NCBI RefSeq assembly: GCF_001194135.2
Contig: NC_068981.1
Location: forward strand, 114,593,638-114,649,145
Reading direction: 5' to 3'
DNA length: 55,508 nt
DNA from: Octopus bimaculoides
Taxonomy: Eukaryota
Shown here: positions 1 to 11,930 of the stretch, one piece after another
Numbering within the stretch: the first letter of the stretch is position 1
Layout of the letters: each line of letters starts with the position of its first letter
The notes under the pieces: generated by a model
Told to the model about the DNA's origin: nothing
Databases searched by the model: none
What the model saw: only the letters and a program-made list of their open reading frames with translations
Translations under genes and position numbers: made by a program

Positions 1-580
1 TATGGGTATAGGTATGTGTGTATGTATATTCACATGTAGATGTATCTACATGTGTTGTCGTTATTGTTGTTGTTGTTGTTGTTACTGTTATTGCTATAAA
101 TACTACTCCTGTGTGCACCCACCTGTATATTTACTTACCTATTTGTTGGTATATGCGTGTATATATATGCACATTACTTTTGGTATTGTTGTTGTTGGTT
201 TTTATTACTATAAATACTCCTCCTGTTTGTATTCACCTGCATATCTATTTGCTTGTTAGTGCATATATGTGTATGTATATATATATATGTGTATATGTGT
301 ATATATAAGTGTGTATGTAAGTGGGTATGTAGTTGTGTTCATACGGATGTACTGATTGTTGGATACACAGTTGTGTATGTATGCACATGTATGGGTGTAT
401 GTAGGAATATGTATGTAGATGTGTGTATTTGCTGGTATTTATATGTGTGTATGTTATGTCCGTGTGTGAGTATGTGCGTACCTGTGTACTTACAATCATC
501 CATGAAAATGTTGTGTGCCTGTAGAGATATATATGCACAGGGACATATGTATGTGTGTATACACATTTCGAGTGTGTGTA
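1..580. repeat. Compound low-complexity tract ((TTG)n, (TATG)n, (GT)n, (TA)n)
   Basis: Directly visible simple repeats; the ORFs called here are C/V/Y/M or H/T/Y repeats. Confidence 0.9.
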
Positions 581-2439
581 TATAGGAGAATATGGGGGCA
601 ACTGCTTTACGTGTACTAGGGCCTCTGGTACTCAACAATATTCTGCCAGGATTTGGACGGTTTTATTCATCGATTGTTCGTCTGATTATTATCTACTTAT
701 CTACCCATCTAAACCAATGTATTAATTAACCAGCCAGCTATATAGAATACAGTGGGGTGTTGATGCTGGTGGTGGCAGCAATAACAATGATAACCATTTA
801 TTCATTCATTTATTCAATTATGTAAGTCAACGATAGCTAGGTAGGATACTTAATCTTAGAGTCATCCCCTTTCATTATTATCTCTATGATAATTAACGCC
901 CCTTGTTTTAACCAAACAGTGGAAACAATGAAATGCAATCACACGTAAATTCACTAAGTCCACAAATAACCACCATAATGGCTCACTTTGAGTGTATCAA
1001 CTATAAATAGGATACCTCTTAGCATGTATGTGTGTGTGTATGTATATATATATATAAACAAATAGTAAATGAGTACATGCATATATACGTACAGGTATGT
1101 GTATACCGACATCCACCTGTATGTATAGGTGCATATCTGGGTACAGGACATTATGTGTGTGTGTGTGTGTGTGNNNNNNNNNNNNNNNNNNNNNNNNNNN
1201 NNNNNNNNNNNNNNNNNNNNNNNNNNNNNNNNNNNNNNNNNNNNNNNNNNNNNNNNNNNNNNNNNNNNNNNNNNNNNNNNNNNNNNNNNNNNNNNNNNNN
1301 NNNNNNNNNNNNNNNNNNNNNNNNNNNNNNNNNNNNNNNNNNNNNNNNNNNNNNNNNNNNNNNNNNNNNNNNNNNNNNNNNNNNNNNNNNNNNNNNNNNN
1401 NNNNNNNNNNNNNNNNNNNNNNNNNNNNNNNNNNNNNNNNNNNNNNNNNNNNNNNNNNNNNNNNNNNNNNNNNNNNNNNNNNNNNNNNNNNNNNNNNNNN
1501 NNNNNNNNNNNNNNNNNNNNNNNNNNNNNNNNNNNNNNNNNNNNNNNNNNNNNNNNNNNNNNNNNNNNNNNNNNNNNNNNNNNNNNNNNNNNNNNNNNNN
1601 NNNNNNNNNNNNNNNNNNNNNNNNNNNNNNNNNNNNNNNNAAGAGAAAGAGATAGAGTAGCGTCGGAGGATATGAGTTACGAAAACTACTTACATTTGGA
1701 AGACGCTGCGTTCAATCATGTAAAAACAAATAGTAAATGAGTACATGCATATATACGTACAGGTATGTGTATACCGACATCCACCTGTATGTATAGGTGC
1801 ATATCTGGGTACAGGACATTATGTGTGTGTGTGTGTGTGTGCATGTGTATGTATATACATAAGGATGGTTATTTATTCTTCTTATTATTTTTATCTGCAT
1901 ATAGACTTCTTAAAAGTCTACTAATTAACTCCTATTGCCATTGCATTAATATTTTCACTCCTTCTATATAAATATAAAGTAGAATTAAGAGATGTGTGCT
2001 TGCACACGTACATGTGTATATACATATATGTACGCGTGTCTGTGTATATGGGGAGATATACATAGCACGCGTTTGTGTGGGTGTACGTGTGCATGCACGC
2101 CCTAGCCTCTTGACCAGTTAGTGTCTATCCAACCATAGCTAAGCCTAGATAGTTTCAAACTATAGTTGTCCAATTAGATGGGTGGAATTAACTGTAGAAT
2201 TTAACCCTCCCCCAATAGCAGCAGAACGTTCTACCCATTGAAAGAAGCAACAGGATATCCTAGACCGCAAAGTTAGAAAGTTTGGCATATTATTATTATT
2301 GTTGTTGTTGTTATCATCATCATCATCATTATCACTGTTGTTGCTACTAGAACATTAATAACTCGTATAAAATGAACCTCCACATAAACCCATCCAAAAT
2401 ATACAGAACTGACACGCATACACTCAGCAAAATTTCTTT

Positions 2440-2642
2440 AAAAAAACACATACAACTTCCAAAACATGGTATATAGCACTGATGCCGGGAACCGCGTACG
2501 TAGTGGAATGCCCCTGATGCGTCGAGCGATATGATATGCTTGAGAAGACCTGTTGAGTCAAGTAAAACCGATATCATAGCTGTGGCAAATCGTCCAACCC
2601 ATGCTAGCATGGAAAGTGGACGTTAAACGATGATGATGATAG
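2440..2642 (+). mobile_element. RTE-LINE-type 3' tail fragment (non-autonomous)
   Basis: Ends in ccaacccatgctagcatggaaagtggacgttaaacgatgatgatgat, the same terminus as the long RTE at 26765-30000. Confidence 0.75.
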
Positions 2643-3785
2643 ACTTGCCCAAATGCATCAATAAATTAACATCAATATATTTTTCACCTTTGTTACAATC
2701 ATCTAAAATGGAAGCGTTAAAATGCAATACTAAAGCAGTTTTGCTATTCAACTTCAAAAATGGATGTAAAGCAGCTGAAACTGCTCACAATATCAAGAAA
2801 AATTTTGGTAAGGAAATGACCAGTGAGTGGTCAGCTCGAAAATGGTTTAAACAATTTTACAGTGGAGACCTGAGCCTTGAAGATCATGAGTATTGTGGAT
2901 GCACAGCTGTCATGAATGACTGTCAATTAAAGACCGCCATTGAGAAAGTTCCATGCAAAACCACTCAAGAACTGGCAAAGGAACTTTAAGTTAGCCAGAA
3001 AACTGCCTGCAACTATTTGCATGCAATCGGAAAATCAAAAAAGCTTGAGAAATGGGTACCACACGATTTGAATGAAAATTAGAAAATGCACAGATATGGA
3101 ATTTGCTTGTGCTTCTTCTCCATAACCGTATTATAACTCGCAATGAAAAAATGGATTCTGAATGATAAAAAATAATGTTCTTCGCAGTGGTTGGACCAAA
3201 ATGAAGCAACAAAAACCTTCCCTAAACCTGAGCTCTTCAAAAAGAAGGTTATGGTAACTGCTTGGTGGTGTACTGCTGGACTCATCCACTCTAACTTCTT
3301 AAAACCTAGAAAAATCATCACTGTAGAAACATATTGCTATGAAATTGCCAAAATGAACGCAAAACTGCTACTCCTCTATCCCAGACTAGTCAACAGAAGA
3401 GAGCCAATCATTCTTCATGACAATGCTCAACCACACGTTTCATTAATGGTGCTCCTGAAGTTGAGGGAACTTGGCTATGAAGTTCTTCCCCACCCAGCTT
3501 ATTCCCCAGACCTTTCTCCTACCGACTACCACTTTTTCAAGCACCTTGATGGCTTCCTGTGAGAGGAGTTCAAAAATCAAACCAGTGCTGAAAGTACGTA
3601 CAAAGAGTTCATCAGCTTCAGAACTCCAGATTTTTATGTTACTGGAATAAACAAACTTGTAACTCATTGGCAAAAATGTGTTGATTGTAATAGTACTTAG
3701 TTTGATGAATTAAATTTCCACATTGTTGAAATATATTGTGATGAATTTCATGTTTCAGAATGTTGCTTATTTTTTACATATATAT
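2643..3785 (+). mobile_element. Degenerate mariner (Hsmar1/Mos1-like) DNA transposon
   Basis: Broken transposase across ORFs 2630-2989 and 3191-3562: HTH region (AAETAHNI...RKWFKQF), WVPHDL, HDNAQPH, YSPDLSPTDYHFF, C-terminal WQKCVD; stops at 2987 and about 3080; TIRs not confidently seen, so ends are approximate. Confidence 0.92.
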
Positions 3786-3788
3786 TGC

Positions 3789-4625
3789 ATTCTTCGTCCA
3801 TTTCCGGCTGTTGCCTCCACACCTGTTCCCCACCCTCTCTCTCAGACTTTCATTAGTTTATTCCAAGTGTTTGGCAGCTGATGACACTCGAAAATATGCA
3901 CAGCTAAGAATCTCTAGCTTTTTAATTGCCTCATTCATTCAAACTCATCTAAAATAATTCTTCCTTGTTTGTTCTAACCCTACAATGACTAACCTTGTTT
4001 CTTGGCTACATATATATATTTATTTCGTACTTTTCTCTATAGTAACTCCTTCTTGTTCATTCTTGCCTTTAAAATGACCTTTCAAAAACTGTAAACTTCT
4101 ATATTAACTCATCAAATAACTTCCAAATTTGCAATCTTCCCCTCTAAAATAATAATCTCTTCCCTTGTTTCTTGACTACATATACATATTCCGTAGGGTT
4201 CACTAAAATAATTTCTTTCTTTTCTGTCTGTATTTCTCTTATCTCTTGTTGCAATGGCTATTCCCTGTTATTTCTCATTGAAGCCTAGGGCAAAGGCTGC
4301 GTTCTTCATCCATTTCCGGTTGTTGCTTCCACACCTGTTCCCCCCACCCCACCTCTCTTAGACTTTCATTAGTTTATTCCATGTATTCGGTGGCTGATGA
4401 CACTCGAAAATATACACAGCTAAGCTAAGAATCTCTCCTGTATTTTTTTTTTTAATCGCCTCATTCATTCAAACTCATCTATTCTCTAAAATAATTCTTT
4501 TTTGCTTGTTCTTACCCAACGATGACTAACCTTGTTTTTTGGCTACATATATATATACGTATTTCGTACTTTTCTCTAAAATAATTCCTTCTTGTTTGCT
4601 CTAGCCCTTACAATGACCTTTAGTA
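3789..4625. repeat. Imperfect local tandem duplication (~280-bp block, period ~510 bp)
   Basis: ttcttcgtccatttccggctgttgcctccacacctgttcccc...gctgatgacactcgaaaatat...ccttgtttcttggctacatatata occurs at ~3790-4065 and ~4300-4620. Confidence 0.85.
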
Positions 4626-4949
4626 TCGGTGGTTGCACCCACCCTTTCTCACCCCAACCACCAATACTGGAAATCTCTTTCTCTTTCTTACCGGAAATTT
4701 CTTTCTCTTTCGGGACATCCAGTTGCCCTTCCCCTCTCTCCTTTCTCTTCACCCCCACATCTCTAGACTAACTAAACCGCATAGTAGCCTACTTACTTTT
4801 TATTTATTTACACATATCTGCAGCATCAGTAATGCTTTACCCACTAGGCTCATAATGCTTATATTTACAACACTCCAAACACTTTCATATACAATGCCCC
4901 CACCACCGTAGAAGTAACAACCTTAACAACTCTAACACGTTTGAATGAC

Positions 4950-5925
4950 AGAAGGTTAAAAGCAAGAAGAACTATTATGACCTGAAGGGGTTTGTGTGTT
5001 GTCTACCTTCCTACTTATTAGGACTTTGGTTTTAGCTAGGTTGACTCTGAGGCCCTTTGATTCTAGTTCCTGCTTCCACACCTGAAACTTCTCCTCTAGT
5101 TCTGATAGTGACTCAGCAATTAGTGCAACATCATCAGCATAGAGGAGCTCCCAGGGGCATACTGTCTTGAATTCCTCTGTTATCACCTGGAGGACTATGA
5201 TAAATAGGAGGGGGCTGAGGACAGAACCTTGGTGGACCCCTACCTCTACCCGGAATTCATCACTGTACTCATTTCCAACCCTCACCTGTACATGGTTCGC
5301 ACAGCTCTCACTAACCATTCTTCTATCCCAAGTTTCCTCATTGACCACCAGATAAGGGATCGGGGGACCCTGTCAAAGGCTTTCTCTATGTCAACGAAAG
5401 CCAGGTACAGATGTTTATCTTTGGTTAGGTATTTCTCCTGCAACTGTCTTACCAGAAATATAGCATCAGTGGTGCTTTTCCCTGGCACGAACCCAAACTG
5501 CATCTCATCTAAACTGATTCGCTCCCTCATTAGTTGGGCTATGACCCTCTCCATGACTTTCATTACCTGAATTAACAGCTTGATACCTCTGTAATTATTT
5601 GTATCTAAAGCGTCACCTTTACCTTTGTAGCAGTTGACTATGGTGCTGCTACACCAGTCGTTGGGTATGACTCCTTCATGTATCACCTGGTTCGCAATAC
5701 GAGTGACTAGGCTATAGCCGACACTGCCAGATATTTTGAGCATCTCTGCAGTGATTCCTGATGGGCCGGGGGCTTTCCCTGTCTTCATACTCTTAATTGC
5801 TTTATCTATTATGGTACTGTCAACTCGGATAGCAGGTCCCTCTGTTGGGTCGACATACGGCATACTTTCTTTCTCCCATTCATTCTTTTTAAAAAATGTT
5901 TTAAAAGATTCAAAACTCTGCAAAA
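4950..5925 (-). mobile_element. RTE-clade LINE, 5'-truncated RT fragment
   Basis: ORFs 5282-5923 and 4956-5348: KAPGPSGI, NYRGIKLL, QFGFVPGKSTTDAIF, FVDIEKAFDRVP, GVHQGSVLSPLLF, LLYADD. Confidence 0.95.
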
Positions 5926-6229
5926 ATCTGGTACAAATTTATTCCTATGTCAACATTTCTGTATAAAGCTATATTTGACCGTCAAGTTTAAGTCAAACAT
6001 ATAAGTTGCCATACATTTCTTCAGGGAATAATCTTTTAGAACAAACAAACAAACAAATCAGACAAAAAATCAAAATTTGGAGATCAATACCGTATTTCTA
6101 GATTTCTTCCATATTCAAATTTAACATTAAATGGCTCATTTCTATTTCTGTTCCTTTCTAAACAAAGTCCATTAAGGGGAGGTAACCCCTTGCCATATTA
6201 TAAGAATTGTTCACAATTTTTTACTTAAA

Positions 6230-6776
6230 TTTCTATTCTAATAGGAATTAAATTATATTATCTTAGGAGCTATTGTAAAGCCTACAATTCCTATTGGTAA
6301 ATTGTACATTGATATGCCTGCCTTAAGAGCTAATATTATACTACATTGTACTATAAAATATAAATAACTCTCAATTACAATAGGAATTATTATCTCTAGG
6401 AGCTTTTTCAAAAACCACAGCTGCTATATGTAAGTTACATATTAATATATTAATATGGCCTGCTTTAGGGCCTAATATTATACCTTATGCACTCTAGGTT
6501 ATAAATTATAAATAATTTTCCATTAGAATGGAGATCAATAGTGTGTTATCCTACCTCTAGGAGACTATGCAAAACCCACAATTGCTATTGTCAAGTTATA
6601 CATTTATATAGCCTGCCTTAAGATCTAATATCACACTATATTGTACTATAAATTATAAATAACTCTCCATTATAATGGAATCCATACTAAATTGTGCCTT
6701 GAAGTTAATGGCAAAACCACAGCCGCTATTTGTAACTTTAATATTTTAATATAGCCTGCCTTAATGTCTAATATTA

Positions 6777-6810
<34 letters not shown>

Positions 6811-7224
6811 CTACAATCAGTTTCAATATAGTAAACCTCTTTGTAACCTGTCCAATTTAATGCCGAATTAAAGAATTGAGCTTCATTATTAAAAATCCTA
6901 TTATTAGCAGATAATCTGGAGAGTCTTAATGAAATATTTTTAACTAAATTATCAATAATACCTCTAGAATGGTTACTACAATGTACTATAAATTATAGTC
7001 AATTCTCTATTACAATGGAACTCAATCCTCAATTGTCACTAGGAGTTTTAGTAAAGACCACAACTGCTATTGGTAAATTATACACTAATGTGGCCTACCT
7101 TAAGACCTAAACTTATATTGTAATTTACTATAAATTATAGCTAATCTTCAACTACCATGGGAATCTATACTATATTATCTTTAGAGGCTTTTACAAAATC
7201 CCTGCTGCTATTGGTAAATTATAT
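6230..7224. repeat. Degenerate AT-rich minisatellite, unit ~142-153 bp, about 6 copies
   Basis: Anchor gcctgccttaa recurs at ~6316, 6458, 6611, 6754 and 7093 (last interval lengthened by a 162-bp insert and an (ATT)n expansion); ctattggtaaattatac and tactataaattata also recur. Confidence 0.85.
6816..6977 (-). mobile_element. Isolated 162-bp copy of an internal segment of the adjacent Penelope-like element
   Basis: About 92% identical by eye to 8034-8198 (encodes SNHPRKIIDNLVKNISLRLSRLS...ALNRAGY); ctaca on both sides. Confidence 0.9.
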
Positions 7225-7234
7225 NNNNNNNNNN

Positions 7235-9470
7235 TATGTAATAAAGTTCTAAGGTACATAGCGAACAGTATTTCTTACCCTTATTGTATGGGAATGATCT
7301 CGCGATAACCGGCCATTCTAACAAATATTGCTTTTTTTTGTTCTTTGAGTTCCCAGATGAATTTACTAAGGCTAGTGCTTGCTATTTTCCTTCTATCTCT
7401 AAAGGTACTATAATGATTAGATATTCTTTTACAGATTTGTCCCGAAGTACATCCCAGGTATCGCCTAACATCTGTCTGAGTCCTTACCTTACATTGATAA
7501 ACTACATTTCTAACTCTCGCATTAGGGCCTTCAAATTTCAATCTTCTAGGGTTGACCTCTGTTACTGTAATCAAATTCTGATTATTACTATCATTATCAT
7601 TATTATTAATACCGCCATAATAATAATAATAATAATTATTATTATTATTACCATTTATATCAGGGTTCATATCCCTATCCACCCCTATTTCTTTAGATTT
7701 CAGTATTTTAAAATTATGGGCTGCAATTATTTGTGCTAAATTCATAGTGTTCGAAAACCCAAATCTAATGATATGTGCATTAATAATTTTACCATAGTGT
7801 GAATTCTTTGGGAAATGTCTAAATTTTGCAATCAAGTTACTTTTAATATTCCTCCCAAATGGGATTATGAACCACACATTTTCATCTTTAGTATTATCAG
7901 AGTTACCAGTATCATTCTTAAAAAATTTTAAATTACCTATGTTACGTTTATGGAAATTCTTGGGTTTATTTTCCTTATTTCCATTGAGTTTATTCTTATG
8001 CCTATTATTGTTATCTGTCTTAACGTTGTTGCTATCAGTTTCAATATAGTAAACCTTCTCTTTGTAACCTGCCCTATTTAATGCCGAATTATAGAATTGA
8101 GCTTCATTATTAAAAATCCTATTATTAGTAGATAATCTGGAGAGTCTTAATGAAATATTTTTAACTAAATTATCAATAATTTTTCTAGGATGGTTACTCG
8201 ATTTATTTATATATTTTAGGTTAGTTAAAGGTTTATGATATGGTCTCTATGTCTCATTTTTAATATCTAATGTTACATCTAGCCAGTCTACCCTTAATCC
8301 TCTGCAGTTTCTGGTTGGAGCTATTCCTACTATATAGAAGGCAGTCATCCCTATATAGACCCCCCCCCCTCCTAATCATAGGGAATTGATCATTTAATTC
8401 ATAAAGAATGAAGGAACCCACCATATCAGCTATTTGTGCTGAGTCAGAGCTCCCCATGGGGACATCGAAAGCATCTGGTGTATCCTTCCGTATTCATACT
8501 TTATCATTAAGACTAATAAAAGACTTTCTAGCAGCTGTTATCACTTTAAATTCTTCTCTACTAAATCCAGCCTTCTTATGGAAAAACCACATTGCCTTAT
8601 TTAATATGATCAGGTTAATGGATCCATAAAAATTAGCTATATCAAATTGAATGAATTTAGTATTTTTTTTTTGTCCTCAATAGAATTAAACCATCTGATT
8701 ACTTGGTCTGTACTTGACCATAAATTTAACTTCAACCTATCTACTATCGTAGTTATGTACTTATTGATAATATTTTTACTTAATATCCCTATGTCCGATT
8801 TTGTTGGGCATATAAGCCTTAAAGATGGTTGTGTCCAAAAATTCACTTTATGATCTTTAAGAATGAATCTCGGTTCTTTTGGTATCAAGGGTTCTGTCCT
8901 ATCTGTCTGGTTGTATTTTTCCATTATCTCTTTGATTTCCATATTTGCCTTCTTAAGTGTATTTTTATTTATTACCTTATAACTTTTCTCAATTTCTTTT
9001 TTCAGTAAGTCTTTGTAGTTCTGTCTGGTTAATTTATAGATGTTTCCTTTTTTGTCAGATTTCACCAGAATCTTGTCAGTGTTCCTTATTTCCTTAATAA
9101 TTCCTTCTAGGTGTTTCAGGTGTTGGTTCATTCTTGGTGATCTATTAAATTTAATGTTCTTTACGACAGACCAAATATCTTCTTCAAATTTGTCTAATTT
9201 GTGGTTATACAGCGGATTTCTTCTAGACTTAAACAATCTCGTGTATCTTGATTCATCTTTCGATATGTCATTTTGTTGTTCTTTTTTATCCCAAAAGTGC
9301 GCCCTCCATCGAATTCTGTTTATAAAAGAATGTGTTTTTTGGATGAGCTGCTCAATATAAATCTTTTTTGGTGGGATGGGTATGTTTTTCATGGATGCGT
9401 CTATGTCAAAAACCTCCATTGGTAAACAGTTAGGTAGCTGTGTCTACTATAAGACGAGAGGTAATATATA
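7235..9470 (-). mobile_element. Penelope-like retroelement, Naiad-type (RT + C-terminal GIY-YIG), near full length, frameshifted
   Basis: N-terminus SMKNIPIP...FINRIRWRAHF; KSDK, LKDHK...RLICP, QFDIANFYGSI, PMGS.DSAQIAD, LYRDDCL, SNHP thumb; NVVYQC...YLGCT (GIY-YIG), T.LSKFIWELK, PYNKGKKYCSLC.LE; 3' end runs into the 10-N gap. Confidence 0.92.
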
Positions 9471-9779
9471 ATTTTTCATAGAAAACTATGTAATCGTTAC
9501 CAATATAGCAGGAGATTTCACCGCAAAAAAAATCTAAATTAGACTCCTTAGAGATCGTTCTCCTTGTTTATATATCCAAAGTTTTAAATTTTTACATTTA
9601 AGAGAGAGATTTGACGCTAATATCCATTATCAATGTAACTTATTCCTATGTCAACATTTCTGTATAAAGCTATATATATATGCATGCACACACATATATA
9701 TATATATATATATATGTATACATGTGTATATATATACATATACACACACACACGTACGCATATAGACATACATACATAA

Positions 9780-10105
9780 ATATATCATAGTGAAAGTGTT
9801 AATAGTTTCACTATTAAAACTGAAAGTATTATCTCGTTACAATAGAGATGTTATTGTTTCACTTTTGACACGTAATACTGAAATAGTGTAAGAAATTAGG
9901 GATTGCTCCAGGCTCACATTAAGCAAGAAGGTGAAAATTTTTTTGGCCCATGACACTGCATGGATCCTAAGCAAAGTATGTGTAAAATTTGCATGAAATT
10001 GGTTGGGTACTTCTTGAGTTTTAGTGATGCATACATACAGACAAATACACATTCTCAGTTTTATATATACTAGCAGAGATACCCGGCCTTGCTCGGGATT
10101 AAAAT
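9780..10105 (-). mobile_element. Non-autonomous Helitron-like element with a tail-to-head junction
   Basis: Minus strand reads cccgagcaaggccggg (hairpin)-tatctctg-CTAG joined directly to tatatataaaactgagaatgtgtatttgtctgt, a typical Helitron-N head. Confidence 0.6.
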
Positions 10106-10109
10106 GGCA

Positions 10110-10370
10110 TAGTTTTTTATTGTTTTACTTGTTTCAGTCATGTGGATGTGGCCATGCTGGAGCACCACCTACTAATTATTCTATCAGTGCCTTTTTGCCA
10201 AACCACTAAGTTATAGGTATGTAGACACACCAACATTGGTTGTAAAGTAATGGTGGGGGTACAAAAACACGTGCACACACACACTAATATACACATATAT
10301 ATGACTGTTCTTTTAGTTTCTGTCTACGAAATCCACTCACAAGGCTTTGGTGGGCCAGAGGCTATAATGT
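10110..10370 (-). mobile_element. tRNA-derived SINE body (head missing)
   Basis: ttttacttgtttcagtcat...ggccatgctggagcacc and aaatccactcacaaggctttggt match the reverse complement of the headed copy at 20466 and the copy at 48696-48890. Confidence 0.75.
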
Positions 10371-10634
10371 ATATAGTGGTGAGGGTTGATGGGCAGGTGT
10401 ACTTGTAAACATTAACCGATTTGGCTGGTATTTCTAGCACGTCCTGCCATCACTGAACAGGTATTTGCGAATAACTATTATGTGGTAGCAGCACATGCTA
10501 CACTAGCCCTTACCAGTGTGCGCAGTAAAAAATCTGATTAAAAACAATCGAGAATTTGCAAACGTTATTGTCGGGCCTTTCGTATCATTAATAATGTTTG
10601 ATACAAGTTACTGCCCCTTGTATCATCTGCCATA

Positions 10635-11012
10635 AGATAGATATATATTGTTGTGGCCGATGCTAGTACTGCCTGACTGGCACCGATGCAGGTGGCATGT
10701 AAAAAGCACCATTCAAGTGTGGTCAATGCCTGTGTCACCTGACTGGCTCCTATGACGGTGGCACGTGAAAAGCACTATTCGAGCATAGTTGTTGCCAGTG
10801 CCGCCTGACTGGCTCCCATGTCGGTGACATGTAAAAAACACCGTTTGAACATAGTCGATGCCAGTGGTTGGCATTAGTAAGAGCATCTAGCTGTAGAAAC
10901 CTTACCAGATCAGATTGGGGCCTAGTGCAGCCTCCTGGCTTGCCAGTCAGTCAAACCATCCAAGCCATGCCAGCATGGAAAGCGGATGTTAAACGATAAT
11001 GATGATGATGGT
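10635..11012 (+). mobile_element. RTE 3'-UTR-derived element with ~4 copies of a ~58-bp unit
   Basis: Repeated gcctgactggctcc...ggtggca.gtaaaaagcaccattc unit, then the RTE terminus gccagcatggaaagcggatgttaaacgataatgatgat. Confidence 0.85.
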
Positions 11013-11379
11013 GGTGATATATACACATACACACTCACACACACATGTGAATGTCATACATTTAAAATTAAAAGAACAATCTGCATTACTAAAGGCTTCT
11101 TCAACTTTATTTTAAAAAATCTCTTAAACTTCTTTGTCATTGTAAGGTTTTGCTTTCATTTTGTGAGAGACGGCTGTCACATAGAAATTGCCAGCTTCCC
11201 ATTCCTGTTTTCTAATTGGGTAAAACTTATCAAAACTTTAAACCTCTGTATCATCTTTCTAAAATTTTTATGGAACAAATGAATAACAAAATTGGATTCA
11301 GTATGAAAAATTACATCAATATATCAAATTTGAAAAATTTCCCTTGATTTTAAAATTTCAAGATCTATGACAGCCTCAG

Positions 11380-11930
11380 AAAAGACTTGCCTTTCCTAAT
11401 GTCATCCCACTTTACAGAGTGTCCTGGGTGCCTTTTTCATATCACCAGCACTAGCAAGGTTGCCAAGTAGCATGCAAGACAAAACCCTTTGATCGAGGTA
11501 GGGAGTAGTATTGAGAGAGGTGACTTTGTGCCAGGTGATAAGTTAAAAGAAAGACAGAAACAAGTGTCTTATTATAGAAGAGATACTTGACTACCCCCAC
11601 TGGAAAGAAGAGAAGATGGAGATTAGGTGCCAGGGCATACCTTCAATGTACAAGCAGGTAAATGTGATGGGATGAGGACAGAAAAACAAATGACATATAG
11701 GGACATAGGATCGCATAAATTCACAAGAGGGTTAGGTAAATGACAGATGGTTAGAGGTAGGCAATTATTTATCTATCTCACCATCATTTAACATCTGTTT
11801 TCCATGCTGGCATTAGTTGGAGGACTTGGCAGGAACTGCACTGGGTTCCATAGTCTGTTTTGGCTTGCTTTCTACAAATAGATGCTCTCCCACTTTACTG
11901 AGTGTACTGGGTGCTTTTTACGTGGCAGTC
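11380..11930 (-). mobile_element. RTE-related non-autonomous repeat(s)
   Basis: Reverse complement of the RTE tail (catcatttaacatctgttttccatgctggc) plus a purine-rich body shared with 13640-14150 and 21400-21960. Confidence 0.65.

Noticed and set aside
1056-1840. Identical 117-bp blocks at 1056-1173 and 1724-1840
   Set aside because: They flank an assembly gap and end in the same (GT)n; most simply a mis-assembly or haplotype overlap, so not interpreted biologically.
1-1971. Many ORFs in the supplied track (also those spanning N-gaps at 18945-19453, 22561-23437, 40210-40856 and 42665-43314)
   Set aside because: They are translations of microsatellites or are kept open only by runs of N.
2643-3785. 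Mariner as an active or domesticated (SETMAR-like) gene
   Set aside because: Multiple stops and frameshifts, a damaged first catalytic Asp region, and no fused domain.
8494-8496. In-frame TGA in the Naiad-type ORF as possible selenocysteine (some Naiads are reported to encode Sec)
   Set aside because: It falls at KV*IRK, where family members have Trp rather than Cys; the element also has frameshifts; no SECIS could be assessed. A TGG>TGA mutation is the simpler reading.
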